A program made the translations under genes and the position numbers. This document shows, in pieces, positions 33,778 to 43,594 of a stretch of 43,594 bases of DNA. Position 1 is the first letter of the stretch. The number at the start of each line of letters is the position of its first letter. The notes beneath the pieces are model-generated. The model had not been told where the DNA came from. It saw only the letters and a list, made by a program, of their open reading frames with translations, and made no database searches. Source of the stretch: a virus (taxonomy: Duplodnaviria; Heunggongvirae; Uroviricota; Caudoviricetes); IMG/VR virus record IMGVR_UViG_2526164599_000004; one strand, given 5' to 3'.

Positions 33778-34803
33778 ATGTCGATGTACACAACCGCCCA
33801 GCTGCTGGCGGCAAATGAGCAGAAATTTAAGTTTGATCCGCTGTTTCTGCGTCTCTTTTTCCGTGAGAGCTATCCCTTCACCACGGAGAAAGTCTATCTC
33901 TCACAAATTCCGGGACTGGTAAACATGGCGCTGTACGTTTCGCCGATTGTTTCCGGTGAGGTTATCCGTTCCCGTGGCGGCTCCACCTCTGAATTTACGC
34001 CGGGATATGTCAAGCCGAAGCATGAAGTGAATCCGCAGATGACCCTGCGTCGCCTGCCGGATGAAGATCCGCAGAATCTGGCGGACCCGGCTTACCGCCG
34101 CCGTCGCATCATCATGCAGAACATGCGTGACGAAGAGCTGGCCATTGCTCAGGTCGAAGAGATGCAGGCAGTTTCTGCCGTGCTCAAGGGCAAATACACC
34201 ATGACCGGTGAAGCCTTCGATCCGGTTGAGGTGGATATGGGCCGCAGTGCGGCGAACAACATCACGCAGTCCGGCGGCACGGAGTGGAGCAAGCGTGACA
34301 AGTCCACGTATGACCCGACCGACGATATCGAAGCCTACGCGCTGAACGCCAGCGGCGTGGTGAATATCATCGTGTTTGACCCGAAAGGCTGGGCGCTGTT
34401 CCGTTCCTTCAAAGCCGTCAGGGAGAAGCTGGATACCCGTCGCGGCTCTCATTCCGAACTGGAGACAGCGGTAAAAGACCTGGGCAAAGCGGTGTCTTAT
34501 AAGGGAATGTATGGCGATGTGGCCATCGTCGTGTATTCCGGACAGTACGTGGAAAACGGCGTCAAAAAGAACTTCCTGCCGGACAACACGATGGTGCTGG
34601 GTAACACTCATGCACGCGGTCTGCGCACCTATGGCTGTATTCAGGATGCAGATGCATTGAGTGAGGGTATTAATGCGTCTCCCCGTTATCCGAAAAACTG
34701 GAAGACATCCGGCGATCCGGCGCGAGAGTTCACCATGATTCAGTCAGCACCGCTGATGCTGCTGGCTGATCCTGATGAGTTCGTGTCCGTTCAACTGGCG
34801 TAA
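33778..34803 (+). CDS. E: Major capsid protein E
   Basis: 341 aa from MSMYTTAQLLAANEQKFKFDPLFLRLF... matches lambda gpE. Confidence 0.95.
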   Translation: MSMYTTAQLLAANEQKFKFDPLFLRLFFRESYPFTTEKVYLSQIPGLVNMALYVSPIVSGEVIRSRGGSTSEFTPGYVKPKHEVNPQMTLRRLPDEDPQNLADPAYRRRRIIMQNMRDEELAIAQVEEMQAVSAVLKGKYTMTGEAFDPVEVDMGRSAANNITQSGGTEWSKRDKSTYDPTDDIEAYALNASGVVNIIVFDPKGWALFRSFKAVREKLDTRRGSHSELETAVKDLGKAVSYKGMYGDVAIVVYSGQYVENGVKKNFLPDNTMVLGNTHARGLRTYGCIQDADALSEGINASPRYPKNWKTSGDPAREFTMIQSAPLMLLADPDEFVSVQLA

Positions 34804-34844
34804 TCATGGCCCTTCGGGGCCATTTTCTCTCTGTGGAGGAGTCC

Positions 34845-35240
34845 ATGACGAAAGATGAACTGATTGCCCGTCTCCGTTCGCTGGGTGAGCAACTGAACCG
34901 TGATGTCAGCCTGACGGGGACGAAAGAAGAACTGGCGCTCCGTGTGGCAGAGCTGGAAGAGGAGCTTGATGACACGGATGACGCAGCCGGTCAGGACACG
35001 TCTGTCAGCCCGGAAAATGTGCTGACCGTGCATGAAAATGAGGTGGTATCAGCGCAGCCGGATACCGTGACTGATACGGCTGAACTGGTCACGGTCGTGG
35101 CACTGGTGACGCTGCATACTGATGCACTTCACGCCACGCGGGATGAACCTGTGGCATTTGTGCTGCCGGGAACGGCGTTTCGTGTCTCTGCCGGTATGGC
35201 AGCCGAAATGACAGAGCGCGGCCTGGCCAGAATGCAATAA
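34845..35240 (+). CDS. FI: DNA packaging protein FI
   Basis: MTKDELIARLRSLGEQLNRDVSLTGTKEELALRVAEL... matches lambda gpFI. Confidence 0.9.
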   Translation: MTKDELIARLRSLGEQLNRDVSLTGTKEELALRVAELEEELDDTDDAAGQDTSVSPENVLTVHENEVVSAQPDTVTDTAELVTVVALVTLHTDALHATRDEPVAFVLPGTAFRVSAGMAAEMTERGLARMQ

Positions 35241-35251
35241 CGGGAGGCGCT

Positions 35252-35605
35252 GTGGCTGATTTCGATAACCTGTTCGATGCTGCCATTGCCTGCGCCGATG
35301 AAACGATACGCGGGTACATGGGAACGTCAGCCACCATGACATCCGGTGAGCAGTCCGGTGCTGTGATACGTGGTGTTTTTGATGACCCTGAAAATATCAG
35401 CTATGCCGGACAGGGCGTGCGCGTTGAAGGCTCCAGCCCGTCCCTGTTTGTCCGGACTGATGATGTGCGGCAGCTGCGGCGCGGCGACACGCTGACCATC
35501 GGTGAGGAAAACTTCTGGATAGACCGGATTTCGCCGGATGATGGCGGAAGCTGTCATCTCTGGCTTGGGCGGGGCGTACCGCCTGCCGTTAACCGTCGCC
35601 GCTGA
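35252..35605 (+). CDS. FII: Head completion protein FII
   Basis: 117-aa ORF matching lambda gpFII. Confidence 0.95.
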   Translation: MADFDNLFDAAIACADETIRGYMGTSATMTSGEQSGAVIRGVFDDPENISYAGQGVRVEGSSPSLFVRTDDVRQLRRGDTLTIGEENFWIDRISPDDGGSCHLWLGRGVPPAVNRRR

Positions 35606-35616
35606 AAGGGGGATGT

Positions 35617-36195
35617 ATGGCCATAAAAGGTCTTGAGCAGGCCGTTGAAAACCTCAGCCGTATCAGCAAAACGGCGGTGCCCGGTGCCGCCGCAATGGCC
35701 ATTAACCGCGTTGCTTCATCCGCGATATCGCAGTCGGTGTCACAGGTTGCCCGTGAGACAAAGGTACGCCGGAAACTGGTAAAGGAAAGGGCCAGGCTGA
35801 AAAGGGCCACGGTCAAAAATCCGCAGGCCAGAATCAAGGTTAACCGGGGGGATTTGCCCGTAATCAAGCTGGGTAATGCGCGGGTTGTCCTTTCGCGCCG
35901 CAGGCGTCGTAAAAAGGGGCAGCGTTCATCCCTGAAAGGTGGCGGCAGCGTGCTTGTGGTGGGTAACCGTCGTATTCCCGGCGCGTTTATTCAGCAACTG
36001 AAAAATGGCCGGTGGCATGTCATGCAGCGTGTGGCCGGGAAAAACCGTTACCCCATTGATGTGGTGAAAATCCCGATGGCGGTGCCGCTGACCACGGCGT
36101 TTAAACAAAATATTGAGCGGATACGGCGTGAACGTCTTCCGAAAGAGCTGGGCTATGCGCTGCAGCATCAACTGAGGATGGTAATAAAGCGATGA
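35617..36195 (+). CDS. Z: Tail completion protein Z
   Basis: 192-aa ORF matching lambda gpZ. Confidence 0.9.
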   Translation: MAIKGLEQAVENLSRISKTAVPGAAAMAINRVASSAISQSVSQVARETKVRRKLVKERARLKRATVKNPQARIKVNRGDLPVIKLGNARVVLSRRRRRKKGQRSSLKGGGSVLVVGNRRIPGAFIQQLKNGRWHVMQRVAGKNRYPIDVVKIPMAVPLTTAFKQNIERIRRERLPKELGYALQHQLRMVIKR

Positions 36196-36587
36196 AACAT
36201 ACTGAATTCCGTGCAGCCGTACTGGATGCACTGGAGAAGCATGACACCGGGGCGACGTTTTTTGATGGTCGCCCCGCTGTTTTTGATGAGGCGGATTTTC
36301 CGGCAGTTGCCGTTTATCTCACCGGCGCTGAATACACGGGCGAAGAGCTGGACAGCGATACCTGGCAGGCGGAGCTGCATATCGAAGTTTTCCTGCCTGC
36401 TCAGGTGCCGGATTCAGAGCTGGATGCGTGGATGGAGTCCCGGATTTATCCGGTGATGAGCGATATCCCGGCACTGTCAGATTTGATCACCAGTATGGTG
36501 GCCAGCGGCTATGACTACCGGCGCGACGATGATGCGGGCCTGTGGAGTTCAGCCGATCTGACTTATGTCATTACCTATGAAATGTGA
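36192..36587 (+). CDS. U: Tail terminator protein U
   Basis: 131-aa ORF matching lambda gpU. Confidence 0.9.
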   Translation: MKHTEFRAAVLDALEKHDTGATFFDGRPAVFDEADFPAVAVYLTGAEYTGEELDSDTWQAELHIEVFLPAQVPDSELDAWMESRIYPVMSDIPALSDLITSMVASGYDYRRDDDAGLWSSADLTYVITYEM

Positions 36588-36594
36588 GGACGCT

Positions 36595-37335
36595 ATGCCT
36601 GTACCAAATCCTACAATGCCGGTGAAAGGTGCCGGGACCACCCTGTGGGTTTATAAGGGGAGCGGTGACCCTTATGCGAATCCGCTTTCAGACGTTGACT
36701 GGTCGCGTCTGGCAAAAGTTAAAGACCTGACGCCCGGCGAACTGACCGCTGAGTCCTATGACGACAGCTATCTCGATGATGAAGATGCAGACTGGACTGC
36801 GACCGGGCAGGGGCAGAAATCTGCCGGAGATACCAGCTTCACGCTGGCGTGGATGCCCGGAGAGCAGGGGCAGCAGGCGCTGCTGGCGTGGTTTAATGAA
36901 GGCGATACCCGTGCCTATAAAATCCGCTTCCCGAACGGCACGGTCGATGTGTTCCGTGGCTGGGTCAGCAGTATCGGTAAGGCGGTGACGGCGAAGGAAG
37001 TGATCACCCGCACGGTGAAAGTCACCAATGTGGGACGTCCGTCGATGGCAGAAGATCGCAGCATGGTAACAGCGGCAACCGGCATGACCGTGACGCCTGC
37101 CAGCACCTCGGTGGTGAAAGGGCAGAGCACCACGCTGACCGTGGCCTTCCAGCCGGAGGGCGTAACCGACAAGAGCTTTCGTGCGGTGTCTGCGGATAAA
37201 ACAAAAGCCACCGTGTCGGTCAGTGGTATGACCATCACCGTGAACGGCGTTGCTGCAGGCAAGGTCAACATTCCGGTTGTATCCGGTAATGGTGAGTTTG
37301 CTGCGGTTGCAGAAATTACCGTCACCGCCAGTTAA
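36595..37335 (+). CDS. V: Major tail tube protein V
   Basis: 246 aa from [31 protein letters not shown]... matches lambda gpV. Confidence 0.95.
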   Translation: MPVPNPTMPVKGAGTTLWVYKGSGDPYANPLSDVDWSRLAKVKDLTPGELTAESYDDSYLDDEDADWTATGQGQKSAGDTSFTLAWMPGEQGQQALLAWFNEGDTRAYKIRFPNGTVDVFRGWVSSIGKAVTAKEVITRTVKVTNVGRPSMAEDRSMVTAATGMTVTPASTSVVKGQSTTLTVAFQPEGVTDKSFRAVSADKTKATVSVSGMTITVNGVAAGKVNIPVVSGNGEFAAVAEITVTAS

Positions 37336-37350
37336 TCCGGAGAGTCAGCG

Positions 37351-37773
37351 ATGTTCCTGAAAACCGAATCATTTGAACATAACGGTGTGACCGTCACGCT
37401 TTCTGAACTGTCAGCCCTGCAGCGCATTGAGCATCTCGCCCTGATGAAACGGCAGGCAGAACAGGCGGAGTCAGACAGCAACCGGAAGTTTACTGTGGAA
37501 GACGCCATCAGAACCGGCGCGTTTCTGGTGGCGATGTCCCTGTGGCATAACCATCCGCAGAAGACGCAGATGCCGTCCATGAATGAAGCCGTTAAACAGA
37601 TTGAGCAGGAAGTGCTTACCACCTGGCCCACGGAGGCAATTTCTCATGCTGAAAACGTGGTGTACCGGCTGTCTGGTATGTATGAGTTTGTGGTGAATAA
37701 TGCCCCTGAACAGACAGAGGACGCCGGGCCCGCAGAGCCTGTTTCTGCGGGAAAGTGTTCGACGGTGAGCTGA
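37351..37773 (+). CDS. G: Tail assembly chaperone G
   Basis: 140-aa ORF matching lambda gpG. Confidence 0.95.
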   Translation: MFLKTESFEHNGVTVTLSELSALQRIEHLALMKRQAEQAESDSNRKFTVEDAIRTGAFLVAMSLWHNHPQKTQMPSMNEAVKQIEQEVLTTWPTEAISHAENVVYRLSGMYEFVVNNAPEQTEDAGPAEPVSAGKCSTVS

Positions 37774-38189
37774 GTTTTGCCCTGAAACTGGCGCGTGAGA
37801 TGGGGCGACCCGACTGGCGTGCCATGCTTGCCGGGATGTCATCCACGGAGTATGCCGACTGGCACCGCTTTTACAGTACCCATTATTTTCATGATGTTCT
37901 GCTGGATATGCACTTTTCCGGGCTGACGTACACCGTGCTCAGCCTGTTTTTCAGCGATCCGGATATGCATCCGCTGGATTTCAGTCTGCTGAACCGGCGC
38001 GAGGCTGACGAAGAGCCTGAAGATGATGTGCTGATGCAGAAAGCGGCAGGGCTTGCCGGAGGTGTCCGCTTTGGCCCGGACGGGAATGAAGTTATCCCCG
38101 CTTCCCCGGATGTGGCGGACATGACGGAGGATGACGTAATGCTGATGACAGTATCAGAAGGGATCGCAGGAGGAGTCCGGTATGGCTGA
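37351..38189 (+). CDS. G-T: Tail assembly chaperone G-T fusion made by -1 programmed frameshift
   Basis: Slippery heptamer GGGAAAG at 37749-37755 near the end of G; the T frame then stays open to 38189, as in lambda. Confidence 0.85.
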
Positions 38190-40743
38190 ACCGGTAGGCG
38201 ATCTGGTCGTTGATTTGAGTCTGGATGCGGCCAGATTTGACGAGCAGATGGCCAGAGTCAGGCGTCATTTTTCCGGTACGGAAAGTGATGCGAAAAAAAC
38301 AGCGGCAGTCGTTGAACAGTCGCTGAGCCGACAGGCGCTGGCTGCACAGAAAGCGGGGATTTCCGTCGGGCAGTATAAAGCCGCCATGCGTATGCTGCCT
38401 GCACAGTTCACCGACGTGGCCACGCAGCTTGCAGGCGGGCAAAGTCCGTGGCTGATCCTGCTGCAACAGGGGGGGCAGGTGAAGGACTCCTTCGGCGGGA
38501 TGATCCCCATGTTCAGGGGGCTTGCCGGTGCGATCACCCTGCCGATGGTGGGGGCCACCTCGCTGGCGGTGGCGACCGGTGCGCTGGCGTATGCCTGGTA
38601 TCAGGGCAACTCAACCCTGTCCGATTTCAACAAAACGCTGGTCCTTTCCGGCAATCAGGCGGGACTGACGGCAGATCGTATGCTGGTCCTGTCCAGAGCC
38701 GGGCAGGCGGCAGGGCTGACGTTTAACCAGACCAGCGAGTCACTCAGCGCACTGGTTAAGGCGGGGGTAAGCGGTGAGGCTCAGATTGCGTCCATCAGCC
38801 AGAGTGTGGCGCGTTTCTCCTCTGCATCCGGCGTGGAGGTGGACAAGGTCGCTGAAGCCTTCGGGAAGCTGACCACAGACCCGACGTCGGGGCTGACGGC
38901 GATGGCACGCCAGTTCCATAACGTGACGGCGGAGCAGATTGCGTATGTTGCTCAGTTGCAGCGTTCCGGCGATGAAGCCGGGGCATTGCAGGCGGCGAAC
39001 GAGGCCGCAACGAAAGGGTTTGATGACCAGACCCGCCGCCTGAAAGAGAACATGGGCACGCTGGAGACCTGGGCAGACAGGACAGCACGGGCATTCAAAT
39101 CCATGTGGGATGCGGTGCTGGATATTGGTCGTCCTGATACCGCGCAGGAGATGCTGATTAAGGCAGAGGCTGCGTTTAAGAAAGCAGACGACATCTGGAA
39201 TCTGCGCAAGGATGATTATTTTGTTAACGATGAAGCGCGGGCGCGTTACTGGGATGATCGTGAAAAGGCCCGTCTTGCGCTTGAAGCCGCCCGAAAGAAG
39301 GCTGAGCAGCAGACTCAACAGGACAAAAATGCGCAGCAGCAGAGCGATACCGAAGCGTCACGGCTGAAATATACCGAAGAGGCGCAGAAGGCTTACGAAC
39401 GGCTGCAGACGCCGCTGGAGAAATATACCGCCCGTCAGGAAGAACTGAACAAGGCACTGAAAGACGGGAAAATCCTGCAGGCGGATTACAACACGCTGAT
39501 GGCGGCGGCGAAAAAGGATTATGAAGCGACGCTGAAAAAGCCGAAACAGTCCGGCGTGAAGGTGTCTGCGGGCGATCGTCAGGAAGACAGTGCTCATGCT
39601 GCCCTGCTGACGCTTCAGGCAGAACTCCGGACGCTGGAGAAGCATGCCGGAGCAAATGAGAAAATCAGCCAGCAGCGCCGGGATTTGTGGAAGGCGGAGA
39701 GTCAGTTCGCGGTACTGGAGGAGGCGGCGCAACGTCGCCAGCTGTCTGCACAGGAGAAATCCCTGCTGGCGCATAAAGATGAGACGCTGGAGTACAAACG
39801 CCAGCTGGCTGCACTTGGCGACAAGGTTACGTATCAGGAGCGCCTGAACGCGCTGGCGCAGCAGGCGGATAAATTCGCACAGCAGCAACGGGCAAAACGG
39901 GCCGCCATTGATGCAAAAAACCGGGGGCTGACTGACCGGCAGGCAGCGCGGGAAGCCACGGAACAGCGCCTGAAGGAACAGTATGGCGATAATCCTCTGG
40001 CGCTGAATAACGTCATGTCAGAGCAGAAAAAGACCTGGGCGGCTGAAGACCAGCTTTGCGGGAGCTGGATGGCAGGCCTGAAGTCCGGCTGGAGTGAGTG
40101 GGAAGAGAGCGCCACGGACAGTATGTCGCAGGTAAAAAGTGCAGCCACGCAGACCTTTGATGGTATTGCACAGAATATGGCGGCGATGCTGACCGGCAGT
40201 GAGCAGAACTGGCGCAGCTTCACCCGTTCCGTGCTGTCCATGATGACAGAAATTCTGCTTAAGCAGGCAATGGTGGGGATTGTCGGGAGTATCGGCAGCG
40301 CCATTGGCGGGGCTGTTGGTGGCGGCGCATCCGCGTCAGGCGGTACAGCCATTCAGGCCGCTGCGGCGAAATTCCATTTTGCAACCGGAGGATTTACGGG
40401 AACCGGCGGCAAATATGAGCCAGCGGGGATTGTTCACCGTGGTGAATTTGTCTTCACGAAGGAGGCAACCAGCCGGATTGGCGTAGGAAATCTTTACCGG
40501 CTGATGCGCGGCTATGCCACCGGCGGTTATGTCGGTACACCGGGCAGCATGGCGGACAGCCGGTCGCAGGCGTCCGGGACGTTTGAGCAGAATAACCATG
40601 TGGTGATTAACAACGACGGCACGAACGGTCAGATAGGGCCACAGGCACTGAAGGCGGTTTATGACGTAGCCCGTAAGGCGGCAATGGATGTTGTGACCGG
40701 GCAGATGCGCGATGGTGGTCTGTTCTCCGGAGGTGGACGATGA
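38182..40743 (+). CDS. H: Tail tape measure protein H
   Basis: 853-aa ORF matching lambda gpH. Confidence 0.95.
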   Translation: MAEPVGDLVVDLSLDAARFDEQMARVRRHFSGTESDAKKTAAVVEQSLSRQALAAQKAGISVGQYKAAMRMLPAQFTDVATQLAGGQSPWLILLQQGGQVKDSFGGMIPMFRGLAGAITLPMVGATSLAVATGALAYAWYQGNSTLSDFNKTLVLSGNQAGLTADRMLVLSRAGQAAGLTFNQTSESLSALVKAGVSGEAQIASISQSVARFSSASGVEVDKVAEAFGKLTTDPTSGLTAMARQFHNVTAEQIAYVAQLQRSGDEAGALQAANEAATKGFDDQTRRLKENMGTLETWADRTARAFKSMWDAVLDIGRPDTAQEMLIKAEAAFKKADDIWNLRKDDYFVNDEARARYWDDREKARLALEAARKKAEQQTQQDKNAQQQSDTEASRLKYTEEAQKAYERLQTPLEKYTARQEELNKALKDGKILQADYNTLMAAAKKDYEATLKKPKQSGVKVSAGDRQEDSAHAALLTLQAELRTLEKHAGANEKISQQRRDLWKAESQFAVLEEAAQRRQLSAQEKSLLAHKDETLEYKRQLAALGDKVTYQERLNALAQQADKFAQQQRAKRAAIDAKNRGLTDRQAAREATEQRLKEQYGDNPLALNNVMSEQKKTWAAEDQLCGSWMAGLKSGWSEWEESATDSMSQVKSAATQTFDGIAQNMAAMLTGSEQNWRSFTRSVLSMMTEILLKQAMVGIVGSIGSAIGGAVGGGASASGGTAIQAAAAKFHFATGGFTGTGGKYEPAGIVHRGEFVFTKEATSRIGVGNLYRLMRGYATGGYVGTPGSMADSRSQASGTFEQNNHVVINNDGTNGQIGPQALKAVYDVARKAAMDVVTGQMRDGGLFSGGGR

Positions 40744-41069
40744 AAACCTTCCGCTGGAAAGTGAAACCCGGTATGGATGTGGCTTCGGCCCCTTCTGTAA
40801 GAAAGGTGCGCTTTGGTGATGGCTATTCCCAGCGAGCGCCTGCCGGGCTGAATGCCAACCTGAAAACGTACAGCGTGACGCTTTCTGTTCCCCGTTGGGA
40901 GGCCACGGTACTGGAGTCGTTTCTGGAAGAGCACGGGGGCTGGAAGGCCTTTCTGTGGACGCCGCCTTATGAGTGGCGGCAGATAAAGGTGACCTGCGCA
41001 AAATGGTCGTCGCGGGTCAGTATGCTGCGTGTTGAGTTCAGCGCAGAGTTTGAACAGGTGGTGAACTGA
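40740..41069 (+). CDS. M: Tail tip protein M
   Basis: 109-aa ORF matching lambda gpM. Confidence 0.95.
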   Translation: MKTFRWKVKPGMDVASAPSVRKVRFGDGYSQRAPAGLNANLKTYSVTLSVPRWEATVLESFLEEHGGWKAFLWTPPYEWRQIKVTCAKWSSRVSMLRVEFSAEFEQVVN

Positions 41070-41767
41070 TGCAGGATATCCGGCAGGAAACACTGAATGA
41101 ATGCACCCGTGCGGAGCAGTCGGCCAGCGTGGTGCTCTGGGAAATCGACCTGACAGAGGTCGGTGGAGAACGTTATTTTTTCTGTAATGAGCAGAACGAA
41201 AAAGGTGAGCCGGTCACCTGGCAGGGGCGACAGTATCAGCCGTATCCCATTCAGGGGAGCGGTTTTGAACTGAATGGCAAAGGCACCAGTACGCGCCCCA
41301 CGCTGACGGTTTCTAACCTGTACGGTATGGTCACCGGGATGGCGGCAGATATGCAGAGTCTGGTCGGCGGAACGGTGGTCCGGCGTAAGGTTTACGCCCG
41401 TTTTCTGGATGCGGTGAACTTCGTCAACGGAAACAGTTACGCCGATCCGGAGCAGGAGGTGATCAGCCGCTGGCGCATTGAGCAGTGCAGCGAACTGAGC
41501 GCGGTGAGTGCCTCCTTTGTACTGTCCACGCCGACGGAAACGGATGGCGCTGTTTTTCCGGGACGTATCATGCTGGCCAACACCTGCACCTGGACCTATC
41601 GCGGTGACGAGTGCGGTTATAGCGGTCCGGCTGTCGCGGATGAATATGACCAGCCAACGTCCGATATCACGAAGGATAAATGCAGCAAATGCCTGAGCGG
41701 TTGTAAGTTCCGCAATAACGTCGGCAACTTTGGCGGCTTCCTTTCCATTAACAAACTTTCGCAGTAA
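41069..41767 (+). CDS. L: Tail tip protein L
   Basis: 232-aa ORF matching lambda gpL. Confidence 0.95.
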   Translation: MQDIRQETLNECTRAEQSASVVLWEIDLTEVGGERYFFCNEQNEKGEPVTWQGRQYQPYPIQGSGFELNGKGTSTRPTLTVSNLYGMVTGMAADMQSLVGGTVVRRKVYARFLDAVNFVNGNSYADPEQEVISRWRIEQCSELSAVSASFVLSTPTETDGAVFPGRIMLANTCTWTYRGDECGYSGPAVADEYDQPTSDITKDKCSKCLSGCKFRNNVGNFGGFLSINKLSQ

Positions 41768-41772
41768 ATCCC

Positions 41773-42516
41773 ATGACACAGACAGAATCAGCGATTCTGG
41801 CGCACGCCCGGCGATGTGCGCCAGCGGAGTCGTGCGGCTTCGTGGTAAGCACGCCGGAGGGGGAAAGATATTTCCCCTGCGTGAATATCTCCGGTGAGCC
41901 GGAGGCGTATTTCCGTATGTCGCCGGAAGACTGGCTGCAGGCAGAAATGCAGGGTGAGATTGTGGCGCTGGTCCACAGCCACCCCGGTGGTCTGCCCTGG
42001 CTGAGTGAGGCCGACCGGCGGCTGCAGGTGCAGAGTGATTTGCCGTGGTGGCTGGTCTGCCGGGGGACGATTCATAAGTTCCGCTGTGTGCCGCATCTCA
42101 CCGGGCGGCGCTTTGAGCACGGTGTGACGGACTGTTACACACTGTTCCGGGATGCTTATCATCTGGCGGGGATTGAGATGCCGGACTTTCATCGTGAGGA
42201 TGACTGGTGGCGTAACGGCCAGAATCTCTATCTGGATAATCTGGAGGCGACGGGGCTGTATCAGGTGCCGTTGTCAGCGGCACAGCCGGGCGATGTGCTG
42301 CTGTGCTGTTTTGGTTCATCGGTGCCGAATCACGCCGCAATTTACTGCGGCGACGGCGAGCTGCTGCACCATATTCCTGAACAACTGAGCAAACGAGAGA
42401 GGTACACCGACAAATGGCAGCGACGCACACACTCCCTCTGGCGTCACCGGGCATGGCGCGCATCTGCCTTTACGGGGATTTACAACGATTTGGTCGCCGC
42501 ATCGACCTTCGTGTGA
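41773..42516 (+). CDS. K: Tail assembly protein K (NlpC/P60 and JAB-like domains)
   Basis: ORF matching lambda gpK sequence; exact annotated start not verified. Confidence 0.85.
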   Translation: MTQTESAILAHARRCAPAESCGFVVSTPEGERYFPCVNISGEPEAYFRMSPEDWLQAEMQGEIVALVHSHPGGLPWLSEADRRLQVQSDLPWWLVCRGTIHKFRCVPHLTGRRFEHGVTDCYTLFRDAYHLAGIEMPDFHREDDWWRNGQNLYLDNLEATGLYQVPLSAAQPGDVLLCCFGSSVPNHAAIYCGDGELLHHIPEQLSKRERYTDKWQRRTHSLWRHRAWRASAFTGIYNDLVAASTFV

Positions 42517-43085
42517 AAACGGGGGCTGAAGCCATTCGGGCGCTGGCCACACAGCTCCCGGCGTTTCGTCAGAAACTGAGCGACGGCTGGTATCAGGTAC
42601 GGATTGCCGGGCAGGATGTCAGCACGTCCGGATTAACGGCGCAGTTATATGAGACTCTGCCTGATGGCGCTGTGATTCATATTGTTCCCAGAGTCGCCGG
42701 GGCCAAGTCAGGTGGCGTATTCCAGATTGTCCTGGGGGCTGCCGCCATTGCCGGATCATTCTTTACCGCCGGGGCCACCCTTGCAGCATGGGGGGCAGCC
42801 ATTGGGGCCGGTGGTATGACCGGCATCCTGTTTTCTCTCGGTGCCAGTATGGTGCTCGGTGGTGTGGCGCAGATGCTGGCACCGAAAGCCAGAACTCCCC
42901 GTACACAGACAACGGATAACGGCAAACAGAACACCTATTTCTCCTCACTGGATAACATGGTTGCCCAGGGCAATGTTCTGCCGGTTCTGTACGGTGAAAT
43001 GCGCGTGGGGTCGCGGGTGGTCTCTCAGGAGATCAGCACGGCAGACGAAGGGGATGGTGGTCAGGTTGTGGTGATTGGTCGCTGA
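42414..43085 (+). CDS. I: Tail assembly protein I
   Basis: 223-aa ORF matching lambda gpI; overlaps the K 3' end. Confidence 0.9.
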   Translation: MAATHTLPLASPGMARICLYGDLQRFGRRIDLRVKTGAEAIRALATQLPAFRQKLSDGWYQVRIAGQDVSTSGLTAQLYETLPDGAVIHIVPRVAGAKSGGVFQIVLGAAAIAGSFFTAGATLAAWGAAIGAGGMTGILFSLGASMVLGGVAQMLAPKARTPRTQTTDNGKQNTYFSSLDNMVAQGNVLPVLYGEMRVGSRVVSQEISTADEGDGGQVVVIGR

Positions 43086-43144
43086 TGAAAAACGTTTATG
43101 TGAAACCGCCTCCGGGCGGTTTTGTCGTTTATGGAGCGTGAGGA

Positions 43145-43594
43145 ATGGGTAAAGGCAGCAGTAAGGGGCATACTCCGCGCGAAGCGAAGGACAACCTGAA
43201 GTCCACGCAGTTGCTGAGTGTGATCGATGCCATCAGCGAAGGGCCGGTTGAAGGTCCGGTGGATGGATTAAAAAGCGTGCTGCTGAACAGTACGCCAGTG
43301 CTGGACAGTGAGGGGAATACCAATATCTCCGGCGTCACGGTGGTGTTCCGGGCCGGTGAGCAGGAGCAGACACCGCCGGAGGGATTTGAATCCTCCGGCT
43401 CCGAGACGGTGCTGGGTACGGAAGTGAAATACGACACGCCGATCACCCGGACCATCACGTCGGCAAACATTGACCGACTGCGTTTTACCTTCGGCGTGCA
43501 GGCACTGGTGGAAACCACCTCAAAGGGGGACAGGAATCCGTCGGAAGTCCGCCTGCTGGTTCAGATCCAGCGTAATGGTGGCTGGGTGACGGAA
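43145..43594 (+). CDS. J: Host-specificity (central tail fibre) protein J, N-terminal part; runs off the window
   Basis: MGKGSSKGHTPREAKDNLKSTQLLSVIDAISEGPVEGPVDGLKSVLLNSTPVLD... matches the lambda gpJ N-terminus; open to the window end. Confidence 0.9.
   Translation, partial: MGKGSSKGHTPREAKDNLKSTQLLSVIDAISEGPVEGPVDGLKSVLLNSTPVLDSEGNTNISGVTVVFRAGEQEQTPPEGFESSGSETVLGTEVKYDTPITRTITSANIDRLRFTFGVQALVETTSKGDRNPSEVRLLVQIQRNGGWVTE

Noticed and set aside
33901-34611. 236-aa minus-strand ORF inside the major capsid gene
   Set aside because: Antisense to the major capsid gene; Arg/His-rich composition typical of a non-coding frame.
38740-41779. Several long minus-strand ORFs (up to 270 aa) across H, M and L
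   Set aside because: All antisense to lambda tail genes; no independent support.

Overview
This window is the left junction and about 42 kb of a lambda-like prophage integrated at the lambda attB site next to host ybhC. No tools were run: all calls come from reading the sequence and ORF track, and protein identities are recognised from memory of phage lambda, DLP12/phage 21 and IS families, not from a database search. Order: ybhC, attL (core GCTTTTTTATACTAA), int, xis, an AT-rich accessory region, the lambda left-operon genes (ea22-like, orf63, orf60a, exo, bet, gam split by an IS21-family element, kil, cIII, ea10, ral, orf28, sieB), a P22 gp24-type N-like antiterminator with nutL, then a non-lambda immunity region. 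That region holds two unrecognised overlapping genes in the rexAB position, a hybrid cI (novel N-terminal domain, lambda C-terminal domain), a novel cro, nutR and a hybrid cII. Next come lambda O (with ori iterons), P, ren, and a nin region truncated by IS629 copy 1 (ninB 5' fragment, then ninE, NinX-like, NinF-like, rusA, ylcG, quuD). A porin gene (nmpC/Lc-like) sits on the opposite strand, followed by a phage 21/DLP12-type lysis cassette: pinholin essD, SAR endolysin split by IS629 copy 2, and Rz with embedded Rz1. After a KilA-N protein and ybcV/ylcI-like genes come cos and the lambda morphogenesis genes Nu1 through the start of J. The most interesting candidate for a new system is the two-gene cassette in the rex position (12770-14076). 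No tRNA, rRNA or CRISPR was seen.
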